Below the pieces are notes generated by a model. The model was not told the origin of the DNA, ran no database searches, and saw only the letters and a list, made by a program, of their open reading frames with translations. Shown in pieces: positions 57,725-64,000 of a stretch of 64,000 nt of DNA. This stretch comes from Trueperaceae bacterium (GTDB lineage Bacteria > Deinococcota > Deinococci > Deinococcales > Trueperaceae), in NCBI GenBank assembly GCA_034521815.1, contig JAXHLW010000013.1:224001-288000 (forward strand). The letters are read 5' to 3'. Positions within the stretch are counted from its first letter, which is position 1. Each line of letters starts with the position of its first letter. The position numbers were made by a program, and so were the translations under genes.

Positions 57725-59722
57725 TCAGCTCCGTTCTCGTGACCCGCCGGCGCCGCTAGGCACGTGCGCGAGGTCGCTCGTGCCGGTGTCGTCGTCCGAA
57801 TCGTCCGAGTCGTCCGAGTCGCCCGAGTCGCCGACATCGTCGTCAGCGGCACGACCGCCGCCGCCATCACGGTCGTCGCCTCCGGCTTCGTCGGCGCCAT
57901 CGGCGTCGCCCCGGATCGTGCGCAGCAGCTCCGGGAAGCGGCGTTCGACCTCGTCCTCGACGTCCGGATCCATCGTGATCTTCTCCGGCCAGGCGCGTGA
58001 GAAGCCCTCTTGAGGCAGCTTGGGTGTGCCGTCCACCACCCAGGTCGGCCCGCCGAGCGCGTCCTCGACCACCTGCACGTCGCGCTCCGGATCGATGTTG
58101 TTCAGCATCGTCCAGATGCAGTCCTCGAAGTCGGTGGGATCGGTCGTGTCGTCGAGCACGGCGATCCAACGGATCCCGCGAGCGGCGTACTGTCGCGCCG
58201 CCCACTCGCCGAGGTGCCGACCCTGATCGGGACGCACCTTGCGCGTGGTGATGAACCAGAACCCTCCACCGGGCTGATCCTGGGCGACCGTCTCCGCGTG
58301 GTAGGGAAGCGTCGCTGCCGAGCGGGCGGGCGCCGCCTCCCACGGCGTGCCGCCACCTTCCTCCTCGTGCTTCGTCGTGCCGTCCAGCACGAGCTTGCTG
58401 CCGTAGCTCCACGACCTGCTGGCGTGGTCCAGCACGTCGATCGGTCCCTTCGCGATCTGCTGGTCGCGGCCCGGCTGCGCACGAGCCAGGACGTGGCGCC
58501 AGAAGGCGGCGTGGTCCTGAGGGGCGACCTCGGGATCGTCCGAGACCAGGATCACCTTCGCGAACATCATCTGCCCGAGCCCCAGCAGGCCGTTGGCGAC
58601 CTTGTACGCCTGGCCGGGGTAGGCCTTGTCGATCACGACGTTCACGAGGTTGTGAGCGATACCCGCCGGCGGCATGTGGTAATCCCGGATCTCCGGAAGG
58701 ATCAGCTGCGCCGGAGCCAGGAACAGGCGCTCGCTCGCCTCGATCAGGTAGGCGTCCTCCATCGGCGGCCGGCCGACGATCGTCGCGGGGTAGACCGGGT
58801 CGCGTCGCATCGTCACGGCGGTCACGTGGAACGTCGGGTAGAGATCCTCGAGCGTGTAGAAGCCGGTGTGGTCGCCGAACGGTCCCTCGACGCGCCACGG
58901 CTCCTCGGGATCGACGTAGCCCTCGAGCACGAACTCCGCCTGGGCGGGGACCTCGAGGTCGACGCTCACGCCGCGAACCAGCTCGACGCCCCGGCCACGA
59001 AGCCAACCGGTGAGCGAGAACTCGTTGATTCCCGGGATCGGCGGCAGGGGTGCGGTCGCGGCGTACGTGAGCGCCGGGTCGCCGCCCAGCGCGACCGCGA
59101 CCTCGAGCTTGCGGCCGGCCTTCCGAGCGTTCTCGAGGTGGCGTGCACCGGTCTTGTGGCGCTGCCAGTGCATGCCGGTCGTGTTCCGGTCGTACACCTG
59201 CATCCGGTACATGCCGATGTTGACGTCGCCCGCGACCGGGTCGCGGCTGATCACCAGCGGCAGGGTCACGAACGGACCGCCGTCCCCCGGCCAGCAGGTG
59301 AGGACCGGCAGCCTGGACAGGTCGACCTCGTCCCCGCGCCACACGACCTCCTGCACGGGAGCGCGCCGCACGCGCTTGGGCGGCAGCGACGCCAGCTCCC
59401 TGAGCTTGGGAAGGTTCGAGGCGAGCCCCATCAGGCCGCCACCGACCTTCACGTCGAGCAGCTCGCGGACGCGGTCGCCCAGGTCGTCGAGCGTCTCGAC
59501 ACCCAGCGCCCACGCCATCCGCCGGCGCGTGCCGTACAGGCCGATCACGACGGGGAAGTCGCGGTCCTCGACGTTCTCGAACAGGAGCGCCGGACCTTCG
59601 GCCTTCACGGCCGCGTCGGCCAGCACGGTGATCTCGAGCTCGGCGCGGACCGGATCGCGCACGCGCACCAGCTCGCCCTTCTGTTCGAGGAAGCTCAGGA
59701 ACCGCTGCAGATCTGCGTACAT
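57725..59722 (-). CDS. UbiD-family decarboxylase (menaquinone/futalosine-pathway type)
   Basis: GPALLFEN, NIGMYRMQ, EGPFGDHTGFY and GRPPMED; acidic tail. Confidence 0.9.
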   Translation of the reverse strand: MYADLQRFLSFLEQKGELVRVRDPVRAELEITVLADAAVKAEGPALLFENVEDRDFPVVIGLYGTRRRMAWALGVETLDDLGDRVRELLDVKVGGGLMGLASNLPKLRELASLPPKRVRRAPVQEVVWRGDEVDLSRLPVLTCWPGDGGPFVTLPLVISRDPVAGDVNIGMYRMQVYDRNTTGMHWQRHKTGARHLENARKAGRKLEVAVALGGDPALTYAATAPLPPIPGINEFSLTGWLRGRGVELVRGVSVDLEVPAQAEFVLEGYVDPEEPWRVEGPFGDHTGFYTLEDLYPTFHVTAVTMRRDPVYPATIVGRPPMEDAYLIEASERLFLAPAQLILPEIRDYHMPPAGIAHNLVNVVIDKAYPGQAYKVANGLLGLGQMMFAKVILVSDDPEVAPQDHAAFWRHVLARAQPGRDQQIAKGPIDVLDHASRSWSYGSKLVLDGTTKHEEEGGGTPWEAAPARSAATLPYHAETVAQDQPGGGFWFITTRKVRPDQGRHLGEWAARQYAARGIRWIAVLDDTTDPTDFEDCIWTMLNNIDPERDVQVVEDALGGPTWVVDGTPKLPQEGFSRAWPEKITMDPDVEDEVERRFPELLRTIRGDADGADEAGGDDRDGGGGRAADDDVGDSGDSDDSDDSDDDTGTSDLAHVPSGAGGSRERS

Positions 59723-59789
59723 ACGAGCATGCTACCCGTCGAGCGTGGCTGCCCGTGGGCGCCTGGCCACACACATGACCGGAGGCGCC

Positions 59790-61073
59790 TCAGAGCAGTC
59801 GAGCGACGATGCGGGCTCCCGCGAGCCAGGTGCCCAGGGCCGACCCCAGCGTCGCGCCGAAGAACACCAGCAGCGTGCGTGCGACCCTGTTCGTGTACCA
59901 GCCGCGAAGCTTCGTCGCGTCGCTGCGCAAGGTCGCGAAGTCGCCCACGCTGGGCTTGCGGCGCCACAGCTCCAAGGCCGCGGCGACGAAGCCGGCACCG
60001 ATCGTCGGATTCAGACTGGTGAGGGGGGCGGCGAGGGCGGTACCCACCACCGTCACGGGATGCGCGGCCGCCACCATCGCTCCGATCGCAGACGCGACGC
60101 CGTTGATCCAGAACCAGTCGCCGATCAGCTGGCGGCCGAGCTCCGGATCGCGAAGGAACCCGATCGCGAAGCCGCTCAGGACCAGCGCGACGATCGCCCA
60201 CGGAAGGGCGCGCACGACGAGCGAGGCCGGCGGCACCGTGGACAGCTGCTCGATGGCGGCCTGAGGGTCTTCCTCCGAGGCCTCGCTCAGCGCGGTGCGC
60301 ATCCCGCTCAGGTGACCGGCGCCGATGATCGCGAGGATCGGGTCGGGCGTCTCGCCCGCCGCCTTCGCCTCCTGCGCGATCCTCTCGGCCTCCTGCCGGA
60401 TGCGTGCCGCCATGAACGTGTCGCGCTCGGCGATCAACGGCTGGTACAAGCGCTCGGAGCGCTCGGCGAACTCGGCGAACGTCGCCTCGAGCACGTCGCC
60501 GTCCTTGAGTCGCTCGATCTCCTCCTCCGAGATCTGCTCGCGGGAGAGGACGCTGGCGACCAGCCCGGCCATCAGCTCCAACCTGCGCCACCACGGCACG
60601 TTCCGGTACACGCGCCGCAGCGTCACGCCGATGTCGCGGTCGATCAGCAGAAGCGGAAGGTCGGCCTCCTTGGCGGCGGCGATCGCGTCGCGCATCTCCT
60701 GCCCCGGCTCGATCCCGTACTGGTCCGCGAGGCGCTGCTGGAACGCACCGAGCGCCAGGTTCGCGGCCATCGCGCCGGCCTGCCCGCGACGGATCACGGT
60801 GAACAGATCGGTCTTCAGCATGCGGTCGGGATCCACCAAGCCCGCATGGCGCGAGGCGTCCAGCTCGATCGCGACCGTTCCGTACTCGCCCGAGGCGATC
60901 CGGGCGCGGACCTCGTCCGCGCTGGCCCGCGATACGTGGGCCGTTCCCAGGAGCGTCACCGGCACGCCGTGCACCAGGACGGTCGCCGAGGGGCCACCGG
61001 CCCCGTCCGGGGCGGGCCGCTCCGTGGCTTCGCCGGGCGCCTGGCCCGGTGCGTGCAGGGGGTCGGTGTCCAT
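59790..61073 (-). CDS. TraB/PrgY family protein
   Basis: LLGTAHVS, IDRDI.VTL.R, ERDTFMA, GAGHLSG and LTSLNPTIGAG. Confidence 0.9.
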   Translation of the reverse strand: MDTDPLHAPGQAPGEATERPAPDGAGGPSATVLVHGVPVTLLGTAHVSRASADEVRARIASGEYGTVAIELDASRHAGLVDPDRMLKTDLFTVIRRGQAGAMAANLALGAFQQRLADQYGIEPGQEMRDAIAAAKEADLPLLLIDRDIGVTLRRVYRNVPWWRRLELMAGLVASVLSREQISEEEIERLKDGDVLEATFAEFAERSERLYQPLIAERDTFMAARIRQEAERIAQEAKAAGETPDPILAIIGAGHLSGMRTALSEASEEDPQAAIEQLSTVPPASLVVRALPWAIVALVLSGFAIGFLRDPELGRQLIGDWFWINGVASAIGAMVAAAHPVTVVGTALAAPLTSLNPTIGAGFVAAALELWRRKPSVGDFATLRSDATKLRGWYTNRVARTLLVFFGATLGSALGTWLAGARIVARLL

Positions 61074-61199
61074 AGGCGTTCGAGTGTACCGGCTCGCGTC
61101 CGTACGGTGCCATCCGCGGCGTACGCGGAGCATCGCCATGCCCCCTCCCGCGTCGCCGACACGATGCGCCGGGCGCGGCACGACGGTACGCTGGCCGTC

Positions 61200-63047
61200 A
61201 TGAAGTCCAGCGAGACGCGTCGCACCCCCGGCCGCTACGGTTCCGACGGCACGACGAACGAGGCGTCCATGCGCAAGAACCTGGCCCAGGAGGTCGACCG
61301 TGCCAGGGTCTGGCTGCCGCTCTCGATCGTCGGGATCGTGGTGCTGTTCGAGCTGGGCTTGGTGCCCCTCCTCGGGCCGGAGACCGGGCCGTGGGTGCGC
61401 TTGGCGTTCTACAGCATCCTCGGGCCGCTGGCGACCGTGCTCACGCTGTCGTGGATCTTGCGCGAGGTGCGCGCTCGCGAGCAGGCGCGGTCCGAGCTGG
61501 CGACGACCTACCTGGAGCTGCAGGACAGTCACGAGCTGTTGGCCGCGATCCAGCGGGTGACCGAGCGATTCGCCGCTGCGACCGATCTCGAGGAGGCCGT
61601 GCGGGCCGCCGCCAGCGGGATTCGCGAGGCGACGGGCGCCCAGGCGAGCGCCGTGGTGCTCGGCGTCGAGATGCGCGAGCTGGCCGGCGAGGAGAACGTG
61701 GACGACGAGCTGCGCGCACGGATCCACGCGCGCGACGCCGCGGTGCGACGCGGACAGACGCCTCCCGAGCTCGAAGAGGGTCCCTCGGGATCCCGCTGGC
61801 TGCTGTCCGGACCGGTCCGTCAGGGTGAGCGCGTGACCGGAAGCGTGCACGCCGTGTTCGCGTCGGAGCCCGCACCGAGGTCGCGCGAGGCGTTCGGGAT
61901 TCTCGTGGCCGAGTTCGCCTCCGTCGCCGAGGCTTCCCAGAGTCGGATGCGCGACCTGCTGACGCTGTTCGACGTCGACCGCTCGATCCGGGCGGAAGGG
62001 AACCTCGAGCGGCTGCTCGGAACGTTGCTCGAGCGGACGCTGCAGCGGGTGGACGCGTCGCGCGGAGCGGTGTTCCTGGCCGATGCCGGGCCGCTGCTCC
62101 AGCCCAAGGTCGTGCGTCCAGACGAGCCGATCGGCCCGCTCCACCGCGACGAGGACGTTCTGGCCAAGTGGGCGATGCGCGGAGGCCCTCAGCTCGTCAC
62201 GACGCTCGGCGCAGAGATCCGAGCCGAAGCCGGCGGTCTGCTGCGCGACTCGTGTTGCGCCGTGGTGCTGCCCCTCCTGGCCGACGACGAGCTGTTGGGC
62301 GTGGTCGTCCTCGGCGTGGACCGGCCCGGAGCGGTCCGTCCGGCGCAGCTCCCCTTCCTCTCCCTGCTCGCGGGGCAGGTCTCGCTGGCGGTCCGCAACG
62401 CACGGGCGTACCTGCACAGCGAGGAGCTCGCGATCGGCGAGGAGCGCTCCCGCATCGCTCGCGAGATCCACGACGGCGTCGCGCAGTCGCTCGCGTTCGC
62501 GGCGCTCAAGATCGATCTGGGCAGGCGCCTGATGGGCCGCGACGAGGAGCGTGCCCGCGACGAGCTCCAGAAGGCGGGGGACACCGTCCGCGAGTCGATC
62601 CGCGAGGTCAGGCGCAGCATCTTCGCGCTACGTCCCGTCGACCTCGAGCGCCACGGCTTCGTCGAGACGGTCCGTCGCTACGCCTCCGACTTCGGTCCCC
62701 AGAACGGCGTCCAAGTGAACCTCGAGATCGGCGAGGTCGGCGATCTCGAGGTGCGTAGCGAGGCGGTCCTGTTCAGGATCTTCCAGGAGGCGATGCACAA
62801 CGTCGCGAAGCACGCGCGCGCCAGGTCCGTCTCGGTCCAGCTGGGGCGCGACCACCGGATGCGGGCGTTCGTCGAGGTGAGGGACGACGGCGCGGGGTTC
62901 GACGTCGACGACGTCGGCGACCGCGTCACCAGCGCGGGAGGACTGGGGCTGCGGCAGATGCGCGAGCGGGTCGAGGGGCGAGGCGGCGATTTCGAGATCA
63001 CCAGCGTGCCGGGCGAGGGTACGCGCGTACGCGCAGCGGTGTACTGA
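61200..63047 (+). CDS. GAF-domain sensor histidine kinase (HisKA_3)
   Basis: Two TMs, GAF regions, ERSRIAREIHDGVAQSL, QEAMHNVAKHA, DDGAGF and GLGL. Confidence 0.92.
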   Translation: MKSSETRRTPGRYGSDGTTNEASMRKNLAQEVDRARVWLPLSIVGIVVLFELGLVPLLGPETGPWVRLAFYSILGPLATVLTLSWILREVRAREQARSELATTYLELQDSHELLAAIQRVTERFAAATDLEEAVRAAASGIREATGAQASAVVLGVEMRELAGEENVDDELRARIHARDAAVRRGQTPPELEEGPSGSRWLLSGPVRQGERVTGSVHAVFASEPAPRSREAFGILVAEFASVAEASQSRMRDLLTLFDVDRSIRAEGNLERLLGTLLERTLQRVDASRGAVFLADAGPLLQPKVVRPDEPIGPLHRDEDVLAKWAMRGGPQLVTTLGAEIRAEAGGLLRDSCCAVVLPLLADDELLGVVVLGVDRPGAVRPAQLPFLSLLAGQVSLAVRNARAYLHSEELAIGEERSRIAREIHDGVAQSLAFAALKIDLGRRLMGRDEERARDELQKAGDTVRESIREVRRSIFALRPVDLERHGFVETVRRYASDFGPQNGVQVNLEIGEVGDLEVRSEAVLFRIFQEAMHNVAKHARARSVSVQLGRDHRMRAFVEVRDDGAGFDVDDVGDRVTSAGGLGLRQMRERVEGRGGDFEITSVPGEGTRVRAAVY

Positions 63048-63136
63048 GGCGCGGGCGCGGCGCCGCATCGCGAAGCGCGCGTTTCGGCGCCCGTTCCGTC
63101 GCGCCCGTTCCGTCGCACCCGTGCGGCCACGACGAA

Positions 63137-63162
63137 GGGCCCGAGCGCGTACGCCCGGGCCC
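63137..63162 (-). terminator. Hairpin downstream of rpmE
   Basis: Minus strand GGGCCCGGGCG-UACG-CGCUCGGGCCC followed by UUCGU. Confidence 0.5.
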
Positions 63163-63218
63163 CTCCGTTCGCTGCACACCTGCACACGACACGACCGACC
63201 GGCCGCGCCGAGCGGCGA

Positions 63219-63428
63219 CTACTTGCGGTAGCTGGTGCCGAACCGCTTCTGGAACTTCTCGACCCGGCCCTCGGTGTCGATGAAGCGCTGCTGGCCGGTA
63301 TAGAAGGGGTGGTTGCCCGACCACACGTCGACGTGGATCTCGGGCTTGGTGCTGTACGTCTCGAGCACCACTTCGCCGTCGCAGATGATCTTGCACGGCA
63401 CGAGCTTGGGATGGATGTTCTTCTTCAT
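63219..63428 (-). CDS. rpmE: 50S ribosomal protein L31
   Basis: MKKNIHP, HPFYTG and GRVEKF. Confidence 0.95.
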   Translation of the reverse strand: MKKNIHPKLVPCKIICDGEVVLETYSTKPEIHVDVWSGNHPFYTGQQRFIDTEGRVEKFQKRFGTSYRK

Positions 63429-63579
63429 GGCGTTCTCCTCGCGCTTCGGGGTCGCGTTCCGATCGTTCTGGCGATGGTCTTCCTGCCCCTACGTCGGCGC
63501 CGCCTCACGGGGCTGCCGACCGTAACCGAACGATCGTAGCAGACTTGTGCAGCTGCCGCCAACTCTCGTCGCTGTGCTG

Positions 63580-64000
63580 TCAGGCGCCGGACGCGGACGC
63601 ACGCACCTGACGTTGCAGCCGGCGCAGCATGCCCTCCATGCCGCGCAGCCGAAGGGGACTGATCAGATCGCTCAGGCCCAGCTGGCCCGAGACGTCGCCG
63701 GGGACGGCGAGGACCTCCTCGACCGTGCGGCCGTCGAGGCCGTGCGCCAGGATCGACGCGAAGCCTCGGGTGGTCGGCGCCTCCGGCGGCGCATCGAACC
63801 AGATCGACACCCGGTCGTCGTGCACCTCGCTGGTCAGGAACAGCGGCGTCTGGCACTCTTCGACCTTCTCGAAGCGGTCGCCCTGCCCTGCGAGCTCGTC
63901 CGGAAGGGGAGGAAGCTTGTTCGCGTACTCGAGAAGGAGCTCGAGCCGCAACGCCCGTGGTGCCCGCGCGAACTGGTCGATCACGTGCTGCAAGGAGTCT
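63580..64000 (-). CDS. sufE: SufE family protein (5' end outside window)
   Basis: LLEYA.KLP, VEECQTPLF, APTTRGFA and ISPLRLRG. Confidence 0.88.
   Translation of the reverse strand, partial: DSLQHVIDQFARAPRALRLELLLEYANKLPPLPDELAGQGDRFEKVEECQTPLFLTSEVHDDRVSIWFDAPPEAPTTRGFASILAHGLDGRTVEEVLAVPGDVSGQLGLSDLISPLRLRGMEGMLRRLQRQVRASASGA

Noticed and set aside
59790-61073. TraB as a sign of a conjugative element
   Set aside because: TraB/PrgY is a common chromosomal family; no transfer genes nearby

Overview
Very GC-rich bacterial core-chromosome segment, most likely Deinococcota (Trueperaceae-like). This assignment is inferred from the L28/L31 sequence types, a Thermus-type DdrA/Rad52 homologue and many apparently leaderless genes. 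It holds about 60 mostly housekeeping genes: P-type ATPase, tRNA-Pro(CGG), recX, tgt, proC, an argG-GNAT-argH-argA-like operon, ftsE, gyrA, purBCS, fumC, tsaD, thrB, nnr, methylmalonyl-CoA mutase/epimerase, pyrE, rpmB, znuACB with a Fur/Zur regulator, a UbiD decarboxylase, a sensor kinase, rpmE and sufE. I saw no transposase, integrase, prophage, CRISPR array or defence island. The best unannotated signals are: (1) a 14-codon Arg-rich leader peptide with alternative hairpins plus an ARG-box-like operator upstream of argG; (2) a TGT with a queuine-salvage-type pocket near a VUT/YhhQ transporter carrying an extra N-terminal membrane domain; (3) a Zur-like operator overlapping the first codons of znuA, plus a regulator-led operon of uncharacterised membrane proteins; (4) a degenerate DdrA/Rad52 gene coupled to a phosphoesterase; (5) two likely single-base frameshifts and many ~15-nt microduplications. 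All calls come from motif recognition by eye, with no database searches.
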